A DNA stretch of 63,797 nucleotides, filler included, from Octopus bimaculoides (GCF_001194135.2; 4 parts of 4 records of this genome joined end to end with filler, not necessarily neighbours in it), one strand, 5' to 3'. Shown: positions 1 through 14,685, counted from the first letter of the whole stretch. Numbers and translations: made by a program. Notes: a model not told the origin generated them from the sequence alone.

Positions 1-702
1 ATATGTATGTATGTATATGTATATATGGTAATATCTCTCCTCTAACCATTATGATGTTTCTATCTTGTCTCAATTTATAAACAGAATCCAGTGTTCTGAC
101 GCTAAAAGTTGCGTGTGAGAACTTCGTTAACTCAATCTGTGTTTAGCTTTCGTGGAATTGTTTAAGTAGAAATAACATCGCAGTGCTTTTCTCATTAGAT
201 AGAGAACAAAATGCCATCAACCACGAAACATAACTATTAGAACGCTATCTCTAGCGCAATGGTTTGATAAATTGTTCCCGAGTTGTGTTAATAACATCGA
301 AACAGAAAGGTTGTTGCAGATATAGTGGAATTGTTTCATTGTCATCTGTGTATTATTTAAGTATTTATTGTCTGAATATGAAATATCATTCGCTTAGAAC
401 TGAGCTCACATATACACATGCACGTAAAATCTAAAACTTCCATTTGTAAATACATGTTTATGCGTTTATATGTGTGAGCGTGTATCTGCGTGTAAGTGTG
501 TGGAGAAATCTTTTTAAAAAAACAATGCAAAGAAGACTTAACACTTGTTTGCAGAAAATTACATAAATTTCGGTTTATTATCAACCGAATATTACAATGT
601 CCCACTTTGTGAATTTTCTGCAGGCGCGCGCGCGCACGTGCTAACAAACACCTACGTATAGACATACATATATACAAATATATTTATATTCATCTGTTAT
701 AC

Positions 703-775
<73 letters not shown>

Positions 776-1387
776 CATGCAAACAGGCAGGCATCTTATC
801 ATTTATTATGTAAATTACTGTCATAATACAATGCTGATATCTTAGGTTTCTCGTTAACAGCGCGAGTCTACAAACATGGATTTGTCTGCTGTAAATGGTT
901 GTCAACCTGAAAGACAGACCTCTTATGTGGTGGACATGTCTGGAGAGCATTACCCTATTTCCTTAAATGAGTAACCATCGCTTCAGTGCTTTACTAGTCT
1001 CGTCACTCTTCACCCAGAAACAACAAGTCACTTCTGCCTTAAAATCTTAGTGGTGGGCGTTAGTGGAATGTCATAATTCAAACCACCACAGTGGTTGGTA
1101 TGGCTGTGCAGTGGTGCCAAATGATATTCCCTTGAAGGGGACCAATTCAGGATTTCATCCGCTAAACACTTGGAGAGAGCCCGAAAGAATCTCGAACAAT
1201 AATTCAATAGTATCCACACATCAATCACATAACTGTATAATAACATCACATGCCAACTACATAGCGTCATACGTACACTAGTCCGGCGTATATATATATA
1301 TATATATATATGCGCGCGCGCATGCACACGAGCACGCACACACGCACACGCACAGATACACTCAGACACACACATATTCATATATGT

Positions 1388-1442
<55 letters not shown>

Positions 1443-1528
1443 GCAAGAATTTACAAAAACAAAAGACGAAGACGGGTGTGTAAACAACAAACAAATGTAT
1501 TAGTTTAACGCTCCGGAAGTGAGAAAGT

Positions 1529-1564
1529 CTTTTACGTTTCGAGCCTATGCTCTTCGACAGAAAG
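1529..1564 (-). ncRNA. Penelope-type minimal hammerhead ribozyme motif with variant core
   Basis: rc reads cttt-CTGTCGA-A-gagc-atag-gctc-GAAA-cg-TA-aaag: perfect helix I and II, palindromic helix III; core has U instead of A6. Confidence 0.5.
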
Positions 1565-1817
1565 GAACACAGAAGTAAACAGGGCGAGAAAATAGAAAAT
1601 AGAAAATAGAAATATATATATACGTATGTATGTATGTATTTATGTATGTATATATGTGAATATGTGCGTATGTATGTATGTATGTACATATATATATATA
1701 TATACTTCGTTTTTGTATTTGGTTTGAACAAGATTTTTAATGTGAATTCGTGTTTTTCATAACGAATCTTGTGTCTTGGGAGAGTAATTACGGCAATAAT
1801 ATTGAACTGGTGCGAAC

Positions 1818-2225
1818 GCGGCGAGCTAGCAGAATCGTTAGCACGCTGGACGAAACGCTTAGCGGTATTTCGTCTGTCTTTACGTTCTGAGTTCAAATTC
1901 TGCCGAGATCGACTTTGCCTTTCATCCTTTCAGGGTCGATAATTAAGTACCAGCAACGCACCGGGGTCGATGTAATCGACTTAATCCCTTTGTCTATTCT
2001 TGTTTGTACCCTCTCTGTTTAGCCCCTTGTGGGCAATAAAGAAATAAGAAACGTTAGCACGCTGGACGAAATGCTTAGCGGTATTTCGTCTGTCTTTACG
2101 TTCTGAGTTCAAATTCTGCCGAGATCGACTTTGCTTTTCATCCTTTAGGGGGCGATAAATTAAGTACCGGCTGCGTACTGCCACCCTCCCCCAAAATTTC
2201 GGGCTTGTTCCCTAGAGTAGAAAAG
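1818..2225 (+). mobile_element. tRNA-derived SINE family A, two tandem copies
   Basis: ggcgagctagcagaatcgttagcacgctggacgaaa...ctgagttcaaattctgccgagatcgactttgcc is repeated. Confidence 0.8.
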
Positions 2226-2293
2226 AGTATATCTATCTATCTATATACATATATATATATATATATGTGTATGTGTGTGTATATATATATAAA

Positions 2294-2346
<53 letters not shown>

Positions 2347-2860
2347 AGGTTTATTATGAGCTGTATATTATTGATTTGTGGTTTGTTTTGCACTGCCTAC
2401 AAGTATAAACATATGATTCATGACTGCCGAAAGCTTGACACTCAGCAAAACCGAGCAACACATGATTGCCAAAGGTTAAATGCATCCCTTTCACTATAGA
2501 CATTGAAATGAAAATTAAAAACAAAACCAACACACAATATTGTACCACGCACAACCACATAATTCATCTTCTCCACCAACAAAGGTTGAATATTACTGAA
2601 TACGTCTTTTAAGCCAACAATTTATATGAAAACAATAAAGGGATGCACACGGCAGTTACACAAACATCATACATTAGACATAACTATTAGATACTTTACC
2701 ATTATGACATCTGGTATTAACGCAACCTTTTACATCGCAGTTAATCATTATAGGGGCAGCCTTAAGAATGTTTCGTTGTTTATGCGAAGTTATTAGTTAT
2801 GCATGTGTCTAAAATTATTTTGATATTTAACTACGTGTTAATATATGCAAGGATAAGTAC

Positions 2861-2927
<67 letters not shown>

Positions 2928-3250
2928 TTTAGGGAAACTATAAGTGTTCCAGCAGTGTTCTCAAAGTCACTCACCTGATGGTGTGCAAAAACACAGTTAT
3001 TGCTCGGTCATAGTTATATAATTATATAATTATTTGTATAATATGGGAAATACTCAACTAACACACTGATAATGCACAGAAACGACGGGTGTGATTTGCA
3101 AAAGTCAGCATTACTTGGAACTGCACACATATTGCATAAAGTACTGACTGTCTGAGGTCCTAGTTGTGAGTTGACAAACAGTACAAACCCCTGGTAGACA
3201 CAATATCTTCAATCAACAACCTCACGATATTGTATACTGTGTGACATCTC

Positions 3251-3301
<51 letters not shown>

Positions 3302-3303
<2 letters not shown>

Positions 3304-3670
3304 TGACATTTCAAGGCGACTACCGTACCAGTGATTGTAGGATCTCGAGGAATGATAAAAAAAAAAGGTACTGAAACTTATTTGAAAATGATACCAGGCT
3401 TACCATCCCTACAGGAAGTGCAAAAAATCGTGTTAACTGGAATGACTCATGTACTGAGAAGAGCATTATCGCTGTGAAAACAACATCCATTCATGAATTT
3501 ATTTATCAAATTTTTTAATACATATTTTTACCTGTGAATTTGCGTGTGTAAACTGGGAATGCATACAATGAGTTTCTCTACCCTAGGTGTATGGAAAACA
3601 CTCGGCGAGAAATGGAAGAAAATTTGAATAACAATAATAATAATAATAATAATAATGATAATAATAATGA
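3302..3670 (+). mobile_element. 5'-truncated R4/Dong-like non-LTR retrotransposon in a (TAA)n tract
   Basis: KATTVPVIVGSRGMIKKKGTETYLKMIPGLPSLQEVQKIVLTGMTHVLRRALSL* resembles the REL-endonuclease C-terminus; (TAA)n on both sides (3251-3301 and ~3630-3670). Confidence 0.8.
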
Positions 3671-4960
3671 TGATGATGATGATGATGATAATACTCCGTC
3701 GAAAATGATAATACTTTGAATAAAATACATAAAGATGTAAACGAAACTTGTAACTATAAAGTTTCATATATTGATAATATCCCGAAATTCTTTCTATAAA
3801 CTACATTTGGGATGACGTAATGCACAAGAGCCCTATCTATCTAGAATGTAAACAAATAAACATTATGTAAGCAAATAGAATGTAAGCAAATAGTATATTC
3901 ATCGTGCCGATTATATGGTAGATAAATACCTATGATTATCATTTTATGTAAATGTATTTAATAGAACTATTAATTAAATCACGCTTAATATAAACAAATG
4001 TGATTGAACTGAAGGTTATAATGTGTATATGTGTGTATGATTATATGTCTTATCTACGTACTTATGTGTGTGTATTCGCGTAGCTGTGCATTTATGTATA
4101 CATTAATATATGCACATGTGTATGCATATAGATATATGTGTATATATGTGTGTGTCTGTGTATGAGCGTGTATATGTGTGTGTATGTATATATATATATA
4201 TATATGTGTGTGTGTATATGTGTGTGCGTGCGTGTGTATGTATGCAATTATTACTGTGAGCCTTTTATTACCATATAATTCCACACACGCATATATTGAG
4301 AAACCGTTATGATAAGATATTATCTGAAGCGCTTAATCGCTTCTCCAACCAACGAGCACTGATCAATACATAGATTCTATTCTGTTCTATCTCATATCAT
4401 TTTTGTTTCTACTTTTATTTATTTATTTTATTTTTATCTATTTTATCTATTTCATATTTTATACCTTTTTATTTTCAATTTATTGTTTTTACTTTTTATA
4501 TTATTTTATTCTACTTTATTCATTTTACTTCATTTCTTATAATATTCAAATTAATCCGTTAATCCTCACACGCACACAAAAAATATAAATAAAATAACTC
4601 CATATATTTAGTCTGCCAATATGAACGAAGGGGTCAACATGGAGTCTTTTATTGCGTATCTTTTTCTCTGATGATATTGTGTTTATACCTTATAAATGCA
4701 AATTTAAATCATAAATTTGTAATTTATTTAATCAGCTCAATTGAAACAGCTATAGGAAGTGTGAAGTATCACTTTATTAATAAATAATTATTAACTTTCA
4801 ACTCCCCATTTTCTTTTCTTCTGTTAATTGAATCCTGTTGATATACATAATATATACCAATTGATTTGGGGAAATTTTGTTTCCCCAAAATATTAGTTAT
4901 AGAACCAGTGTCTTCAAGTTAAATATATATATATATATATATACACACACATATATATAA

Positions 4961-5040
<80 letters not shown>

Positions 5041-7159
5041 GTGTGTGTGTATACATACATATATATGTTATGTATATATACTCTGCTTGTTATAACCAGA
5101 ATGCTCTGACGAAAGTAGCATTAATTTTCTCAGGTCGTTCAATTTGCCTCAATTGATTAACAATGTACCTATCAGTAATGTACCTAAAATACTTACTGGG
5201 AACAGTAAGTTTGTTATGAATCATCTGAATACTTTCAACATTGAAAACAAAAAACTTAAAAGCCTTAATTCTTTTATAACATTTGGTCAGGGGGGAAAGG
5301 TAGTGCTTACGGCAGTAGCTTCTGAGAGTGGAAAGAAAGTAGAGACCTGACCCGAATGCTTGTAAGAGAGTAGTGTCTTCTGGTTACAGGGTCAGGGTAC
5401 CAGGTGGTGGTGTTAAAGTGGGCGACGGGTCAAATCTATCGGCCGACCGAACTATGACGATATTTGAACTCACAATCCAAAGAGTCGTAAGAAATACCAC
5501 ACGGCTTTCAGTTTCGCCCATCCATTACACTGCAGCGGATTATTTTTCTTACCGAAGTCGAAAAAATGAAAACCTGAAGACTAAAGTTTTGAAATCGGTG
5601 AGTTGGCAGAATCACCAGAGGGCGTTCGACTCTTGTTAATTCGGCGCCTATTAATGCTGTTTATTTTTTAAATGTGAAAAGAATTTAATTCCTGCTGCTT
5701 ATTATTTAATCAGTAAAAATATTTCTGTTTCTAGAAATGAATCTAAATAATGGCTACTGTTATTTTAACACCCACTCTCGCTCCTCGTTTTCCCATTCAA
5801 CTGTGTAATCATTTTAGTTTGCTTCAACATGGAAATCAATTCGTTGGAATTTCTAATAATTCTCTGCCAATAAAATCATGAATACTTTTGCAGAAATTTC
5901 ACCTAAAGCATGTGCTTCAACAAAAGCCTGTATTTTATTATGGAAGCAAACTATGTGAAGGTTTTGGCGTTGAAAGAAGAGAAGTATAGCGTTGCGGCTT
6001 TTACTTACACATTCTCAGCTCAAACGTCGAGCCCCGCCAGATATACACATATATATGTATATTAAACATTTCCGATTTGAGAAAAACAAAAATCAGGAAG
6101 AGAGAACCCAATCATATGTTTCTGAGTTCAGTCCCACTGCGTGGCAAGTGCCTGTTACTATTGCTTTGTGCCAACCAAAGCCTTGTGAGTAGATCTGGTA
6201 GACAGAAGCTGAAAGATGCCCCTCGGTCCACTCTGGTGTCGTTTGTTCGTTCGAAGCCCTAACTCTCCACAAATTTTATATTTTAAATATTTCTCGATGT
6301 TGCTGTCTTATGAAGTTTTCTTGTCTTGTTAAAAGCACGAAACAGNNNNNNNNNNATATACAGACACACATACACACGCTTGACAACCGGTGTAGTTGTG
6401 TTTACGTCCACGTAACTTACCGGTTTAGGAAAAGAGAAAGATGAAACAAATGCCAAGCTTTAAAAAAGAATAAGTACTGCGATTGATGGATTCGACTCGA
6501 AATTCTCCAAGGCGGTGCTCCAGCATGACTGCAATCCAATGACTGAAGCAAGTAAACTATAACAGATAAAAGATAAATGGAGGAAGGTACCATGAAAGTA
6601 AAAGAAGCAAAGAAACAAGAATGGGTTGGAGTTTTGGAGAAAGGAACGTCTAAGAGATTTAATGATTTTAAAAAGTAAACGTTTAATAAGAATCATGTTT
6701 AATGTGGGAAAGAATTCTAAATGTTTATAACACATATTCTACATGTTTTAAAAAAAACCATATATAACCATATCGTAGGAGGATATTTGCAGCAGAGTCA
6801 ATAGTCTTTTCTTTCTTTTTTTTTTATAGCCTATAACATTATCTAGTCTGTTAATTATCTAAAATAAAACTTATTAATTTGGGGCCAATATTTTAATGAC
6901 TGTAATTGGCATTTAATATTTTCAGCACTCAAAAAATTATACAAGTGAAAAGAATAAAGAAATAAATTGAAAATGTTTTATATAAAGTTAAACAATCTTC
7001 TTCCATGTTATATGCTTTCATAAATTAATATATTTGATAAAGCAGCTGCGGTTTATTTAATTATGATATTGTTAACGTTTCCCATATCTGCATTTGCAAC
7101 TGTGCTAATAGAGTCGCTGAATTAATATTTCGTTCAGCTAGACGTACAAAACCTGAAAT

Positions 7160-7545
7160 TATAAGGAAGTGGGCGATTCAATAACATCAACTTCACTACT
7201 TGTCTGGTATTTTATTTTATCGATCCCAGAAAGATGAAAGGCAAAGTTGATCTCGGAGGAGAAATGTCGCTAAACATTTTGCTGGACGTGCTAACGATTT
7301 TGCCAGCTCGCTACCTTAATCTACGCATTAATAAGACTTCTGCTATAGTAACAAGGCCTAAAATTTCCGGTGAGTCGATTACATCAACCCCAGTGCTCAA
7401 CAGGTACTTATTTTATCAACCCCTAAAGAGATGAATGTCAAAGTCGACCTCAACCGAATTTGAACTCAGAACGTACTGACGGACGAAATGCCACTTAGCA
7501 TTTTGTCCGGCGCGCTAACGATTTTGCCAGCTCACCACCTTAGAG
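7160..7545 (-). mobile_element. SINE family A, two tandem copies
   Basis: Reverse complement of the 1818-2225 family. Confidence 0.75.
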
Positions 7546-9254
7546 TGTTAATTAATGATCGTTATTTATGAGTTGTGGTTGCCATCAGCAAGTCATGAGA
7601 CACGTCGAGAGTTATCGTTTCATAGTCTACAGAAATTATTACCTTCGTCACAGGCCTGCTAATTACGCTCTAATCATATTTATAAACGCATATACAATAA
7701 ACGACTAGTACCGCCCATTCTAATNNNNNNNNNNNNNNNNNNNNNNNNNNNNNNNNNNNNNNNNNNNNNNNNNNNNNNNNNNNNNNNNNNNNNNNNNNNN
7801 NNNNNNNNNNNNNNNNNNNNNNNNNNNNNNNNNNNNNNNNNNNNNNNNNNNNNNNNNNNNNNNNNNNNNNNNNNNNNNNNNNNNNNNNNNNNNNNNNNNN
7901 NNNNNNNNNNNNNNNNNNNNNNNNNNNNNNNNNNNNNNNNNNNNNNNNNNNNNNNNNNNNNNNNNNNNNNNNNNNNNNNNNNNNNNNNNNNNNNNNNNNN
8001 NNNNNNNNNNNNNNNNNNNNNNNNNNNNNNNNNNNNNNNNNNNNNNNNNNNNNNNNNNNNNNNNNNNNNNNNNNNNNNNNNNNNNNNNNNNNNNNNNNNN
8101 NNNNNNNNNNNNNNNNNNNNNNNNNNNNNNNNNNNNNNNNNNNNNNNNNNNNNNNNNNNNNNNNNNNNNNNNNNNNNNNNNNNNNNNNNNNNNNNNNNNN
8201 NNNNNNNNNNNNNNNNNNNNNNNNNNNNNNNNNNNNNNNNNNNNNNNNNNNNNNNNNNNNNNNNNNNNNNNNNNNNNNNNNNNNNNNNNNNNNNNNNNNN
8301 NNNNNNNNNNNNNNNNNNNNNNNNNNNNNNNNTATATATATATATATATCAGAATAGTATTATTTGATCTAGCTAAATTATATAACTGCACTGTATCGTG
8401 TAGAATGTTTTCCACAGAATATGTGAAGATGTTTTAACCTGACTCGCCGTGGCATTGCCACTGGTTAATTTAAATAGCGGAAGATTGAAGCAAACCACAA
8501 CACACTAAGTTCATATATGCTGTGAAGAAAATACTTGGAATTACAACACGTTCTTTTAGAATAAAACTTATTTTGTAATGAAATCGTTTTTCACTTTAGC
8601 CGTTCTTTTGCCTTTCATCTTACTTTATGCTGGCGGTATTCTTCAGTTTCAGATTCTTTTCTTTTTCTTTCTGTTAGTCTCTTGACACAAAGTGTTCTGC
8701 AATTCAAATAAATCTTGACATATCTTGGAATGTCCCGAGATTTTCCCACCAATTATCGGCACCAAATATTCTAACCGCTATTAAGTAGATTGAATTACAT
8801 CAAAACTTCCTCGTTTTTCAGGCATTTCCCATTCTCATCTCTCCCCTTTAACTCTCTCTCTCTCTCTCTTTCACACACACACATACACACACGCACATAC
8901 ATTTATGAATGTGTGCATGTCTACCTATGTACATACACGTGTATATGTTTGTAGATCCATTTATATTTGTGTATATATAGATATGTGTATATGTGCCTCC
9001 GTATTAGTGTCTACCATATAGACAGTAATATATTTATGTCTCTGTCTCTTTCGTATCTATTTAAGCTATTTATTCAATATTTCTTCTTAATTCGCCTCAT
9101 CAACACAACCTACCTTTTAACCAATCACAAATAACCAACAAGCAAGACGACAACCATACAGCGAATCGATACACAATAAAAAGAACACTTTTTTTTCTTT
9201 TGTCTCTGTATACACATGCATTACAACGTTTTATTATTCATTCCATTAATGGGT

Positions 9255-9293
<39 letters not shown>

Positions 9294-9810
9294 NNNNNNN
9301 NNNNNNNNNNNNNNNNNNNNNNNNNNNNNNNNNNNNNNNNNNNNNNNNNNNNNNNNNNNNNNNNNNNNNNNNNNNNNNNNNNNNNNNNNNNNNNNNNNNN
9401 NNNNNNNNNNNNNNNNNNNNNNNNNNNNNNNNNNNNNNNNNNNNNNNNNNNNNNNNNNNNNNNNNNNNNNNNNNNNNNNNNNNNNNNNNNNNNNNNNNNN
9501 NNNNNNNNNNNNNNNNNNNNNNNNNNNNNNNNNNNNNNNNNNNNNNNNNNNNNNNNNNNNNNNNNNNNNNNNNNNNNNNNNNNNNNNNNNNNNNNNNNNN
9601 NNNNNNNNNNNNNNNNNNNNNNNNNNNNNNNNNNNNNNNNNNNNNNNNNNNNNNNNNNNNNNNNNNNNNNNNNNNNNNNNNNNNNNNNNNNNNNNNNNNN
9701 NNNNNNNNNNNNNNNNNNNNNNNNNNNNNNNNNNNNNNNNNNNNNNNNNNNNNNNNNNNNNNNNNNNNNNNNNNNNNNNNNNNNNNNNNNNNNNNNNNNN
9801 NNNNNNNNNN

Positions 9811-9844
<34 letters not shown>

Positions 9845-9852
9845 GAATATAT

Positions 9853-9891
<39 letters not shown>

Positions 9892-10748
9892 CATATATGT
9901 ATATATGTGCATATATATGTATCTATCTATATATTTATATATACATAAAGATATCTATATATGTATGCATGTATGTATATATATAAATACATATGCACAC
10001 ACACACACACACACACACGCAAACATATATATATATATACATTTATTATATGTATATATAAATGTGTATGTTTATATGTATGTATGCATGTATAAATGCA
10101 TAGATGAAAGTATGGACAGATGGAGCTAGATGCATGGATAAATACATGAACATACACACAGACACACACACACACACACATACACACTCACGCACGCACA
10201 TTCATACACACATACATACGTACATTCATACATACATACATACATACATACATACATACACACACATACATATACATGCATTCACACACGCGTGCAAGCA
10301 TACATACACAGGAAATGGTTGCAGGAACGGTTGGCACTAACGGGTTAGCTTTTGGCAATATATCTTTCTCTCTTTCTCAGAACCTCGTTATCCAGTCACG
10401 TCTGACAACGGTAAAGGAAAGCGAAAGACTCCCACGCACCGCTGCCAGTGAAACTCTATAATGGTATCTGTTTACACAACCAGTGTGTGTGCGGGTGCAT
10501 GTGTGAATGTGTGCGTGCGTGTGTGTGTGTGTGTTTCTGCATCTATGTCACCATTGTCATAACAATAAATTAACATGTCCCTGTAGTTGGAACTTATCTG
10601 CAATCTTTTGATTTGTTTGTCCATACACCTTCACTCTAAGCAACTATGTCCATACACCACACCTTGTTCCATACACACATACACACACGCACACACACAC
10701 ACACACACACATACACGCACGCACACGTACACACATACATACATATAT

Positions 10749-11196
10749 GCAGCACATGTGAACGTACCATCAAAAGTCCAAGAATAAGAGAACCTTTACG
10801 GTGAATTAATGCGGAACTTACAGCTCTTGTACCCCTTGTATAAATCCTCATTTGTATCTCTCATCATAGGTGCAGTAGGTTACGAACTAACACATTTACA
10901 CAAAAACCTGGAAATGCTAGGTTTATCGAAGACAGAGAAAGGAAAACTGACGCAGATTCTCCAAATCCAATTTATTTGTGGCACAGGGAAGATTTGTATA
11001 ACATTCCAAAAATTCTCCATGTGAAATTCTTATGTGAAGAGATGTACATATTTGGGGGTGTGCATCGACAGTTCATCCAACACAACAACCCAACCGCATA
11101 TTTACAATCATTGGGAACTCTCTTAACTCAAAAAGTCCTGGTGCTTTGTTACCGGCTCGAACTCTCTTAAGAACTTAAGTAAAACTAAAAAAAACA

Positions 11197-11230
<34 letters not shown>

Positions 11231-11250
11231 CATGCATACATACATACATA
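10749..11250 (+). mobile_element. 3' end of a second REL-endonuclease non-LTR family, ending in (TACA)n
   Basis: VNVPSKVQE*ENLYGELMRNLQLLYPLYKSSFVSLIIGAVGY...ICITFQKFSM*, then a ~170-bp 3'UTR and a TACA/CATC tail. Confidence 0.7.
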
Positions 11251-11668
11251 CATTCATCCATCCATCCATCCATTCATCCATTTATCCATCCATCCATCCA
11301 TTCATTCATCCATTCATCCATCTATCTATTCATCCATCCATCAATCCATCTATACATACATACATACATACATATGCACACGCACACAGATATATTTTAT
11401 CTGTGGTTGAATAATGATCCGGCGACGAAGTTGCGGGAAACAAGCATAGACCAGCAGAATATTGTAGTTTATTTCGGCTGAACGAGAAACTTAATACAGC
11501 GTTACTACGGCATGTAACCACTTCTTTACACAAGATCGACTGAGTCCAGTCGTCTTGCTTGAAGAGTAACAGGCCACTAGGCCGATCTAAATAGACACAC
11601 GTACGCGTGTGGTCACGCACACACACACACACATGCACACACACATACATGCACACACACACACACAC

Positions 11669-11735
<67 letters not shown>

Positions 11736-11869
11736 TGGAATAGCAAAGCGTTCTTTGCACCATGCACAGCGAACTCTTGAACGATTATTCACATAGTTAT
11801 TCTTAATATGTCTAGACAGGTCCTGGCGTCAAATATGCTGGTTACCGTAGTCTATGTGAAGTACTAAAT

Positions 11870-13128
11870 AAGCAATTCCTGAGTGCCTTCACCTCTCCAC
11901 TGGGAAACTGGCAAGTGGCCGAGCCTAAGGAGTTTTTCAACACTGCAACCATCGATTACATCGACATAAAAAGGAAAATGTAATATTAGCCATTGGTGAG
12001 ATGAGCTCCTACTCAGCAACGGGCTCAGATGGATTTCCATCTGTTCTCCTAAAAACATGCAAGAAAGCTCTCGCAAAATCACTGTAGATACTTTTTCAGT
12101 TTCCTTGAATGTGGAAAACTTCCCAAACTGTTAAAAGAGGCTGTCATATGCCTTATCCATAAAGGAGGAAGCAGAGCAAATTCTAAAATTTACAGACCTA
12201 TCTCTCTGATTTCACATGTTAGCAAGATCATGGAACGCGTTGTCAGGAGACTGATCACATTCCTGGAAGAGAATAACTTACTCACAAACACGCAACATCG
12301 TCTCCTCCCAGGGGGGAGCTGCCTCACATAGATACTGCATTATATTTGGGTACTGAAACAGTAGTTTAACCACTCAAATGTGGATGTGATATAACTCGAC
12401 TTTACCAAAGCCTTTGACAAATTTGATCATGGAATGATATATCACAAACTACGTGACTTTGGTATCATTGGAAAACTGGGAGAGTGGCTGCACGACTGTT
12501 TAAATCACAGAAGTCAGGCAGTTGCTGCCAATGGTGCTCTGTCTGAGGAGACATCGATCGCAGCGGCGTTTCTCGGGGAACTGTACGGGACCATTACTGT
12601 TTGTAGTGGTTCTCTTGAACATGCCTCAGTCGTACAGTCAGCCACTCTCACCAGCTACGCTCATTTTACAAAATTATCTCAAGCAGTCAAAGACCCTAAT
12701 GACATAGTAAAACAACACAATGACCTGCATGCAATATATAAATGAGCTGATGAAAATAACATGCAATTCAATGCTGATAAGTTTCAAGCACTCCACTATC
12801 GGCCCACAAACAGACTACAATCGGAATACATAGGACCAAAAGGCAGTGTAATCCCAGAGTTAGAATCGGAGCGTGACCTAGGAATCCACATGAGTAGTGA
12901 TGCAACATTCCATGTGCGTATTGCCAGGATGACAACCCTGTGCAGGCGAGTAACTGGATGGATCCTTAGATCATTAAGAACCACAAATTAGGATATCTTG
13001 CTACTCCTATGGAGGACATTTGTCTTCAGTCGTCTGGATTACTGCTCCCAAATATGGTCGCCGCAGAGCATTATGTTAGCGACGGAATTTGAGTCAAACC
13101 AGCGCCACTATACAAAGAACATTGACAA
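11870..13128 (+). mobile_element. Degraded CR1-clade LINE reverse transcriptase
   Basis: Frameshifted IHKGGSR...YRPISLISHVSKIMERVV, LDFTKAFDKFDHG, GPLLF, MQFNADKFQALH, ERDLGI, RLDYCSQIWSP. Confidence 0.92.
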
Positions 13129-13186
13129 TGTATATATATGTATGTATATCTAACCATATATCTACGTATCAGTCTATCTCTCTTTT

Positions 13187-13227
<41 letters not shown>

Positions 13228-14384
13228 CTAGATAGATAGAGATACACACATATATGTATATGTATGTGTATATATANNNNNNNNNNNNNNNNNNNNNNNN
13301 NNNNNNNNNNNNNNNNNNNNNNNNNNNNNNNNNNNNNNNNNNNNNNNNNNNNNNNNNNNNNNNNNNNNNNNNNNNNNNNNNNNNNNNNNNNNNNNNNNNN
13401 NNNNNNNNNNNNNNNNNNNNNNNNNNNNNNNNNNNNNNNNNNNNNNNNNNNNNNNNNNNNNNNNNNNNNNNNNNNNNNNNNNNNNNNNNNNNNNNNNNNN
13501 NNNNNNNNNNNNNNNNNNNNNNNNNNNNNNNNNNNNNNNNNNNNNNNNNNNNNNNNNNNNNNNNNNNNNNNNNNNNNNNNNNNNNNNNNNNNNNNNNNNN
13601 NNNNNNNNNNNNNNNNNNNNNNNNNNNNNNNNAATGTATATATATGTATGTATATCTAACCATATATCTACGTATCAGTCTATCTCTCTTTTTATGTATA
13701 TATATTAGTGTGTTTAACATTGTATGTGTGCACTGCGCAGCTAAAATCTATTTGTCTTTCATTTAAAATGGAGACCAATTTTATCTTGTTTTTGTTTTTC
13801 TCTTCCACTTCCAATAACAAAACTTCATAATTTGATTTTTTAGGCAAACTCTAACCTCCCAATTGGTCGCCACCGGTGATACGCAACGACATTTAAAAGA
13901 TCCGAATTAAATTACTTCCAACTTTCGTTGGTTGTTGTGCCGAAACTTTTAGGTTTCAGCAGAAAGGAATCATTAATTAATGGAGAGTTTCTTATGCAAG
14001 CATTACTAAGCAGACAGAAAAGTGATGTCTAGATTGGTCTTCCATTCTAGATATCTTCCAATATTTTCCTATTTTTTTTTTATATTGCTCTAAAATTTCA
14101 AATACATCTGTTGTATGTTTGTACGACATTATTTTCTTATGAAATTGTTAAAGCTGTATCATAGAATGCTAGGTGTATAGTAATAGTGAAACGAGTAAAT
14201 TGATGTTGTAGAAGGTAATTACGTAAGAACACGGTTAAACCAGCTGACCTGCCCACACTGACCATACTTGAGGCCGCTGAGCTCACCACTTTCAAAGACT
14301 CTGTAAAAGACAAAGGTAGTCTGTCTTCTCTCTTCATGAGTTTAGTCTTAAAATCTGTTGTAAGTTGTAAAACGTATTGTTGTG

Positions 14385-14685
14385 CGTTATGTATATACAT
14401 ATCACGTGATCGACCAGACTATGGAATGTTGTTATACATCGCTGGTCACCATGAGCCTCGCATGGTTTTAGCCTTTGAATGATGTCATCCCGCTGGCTAA
14501 GTGAGAGCAGGCCGACATTCCACCTGTTTCGAGGCTCAGGGTGTGACCCATTTACAGCTGAGTAGACTGAAGCAACGTGAAATGAAGTGTCTTGCTCAAG
14601 AACACAATGCATCACTCAGTCCAGGAATAGAAACCACGATCGCTAGATCGTGAGTGTAGCATCCTAACCAGTAGGTCACGCGCTT

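Noticed and set aside
7720-10129. Long ORFs spanning N gaps (also 16206-19026, 36277-37621, 52027-53223)
   Set aside because: They are open only because N codons contain no stops, and their flanks are microsatellites.
13128-13710. ~70-bp identical sequence on both sides of a gap
   Set aside because: Most likely an unmerged contig overlap or haplotype artefact.
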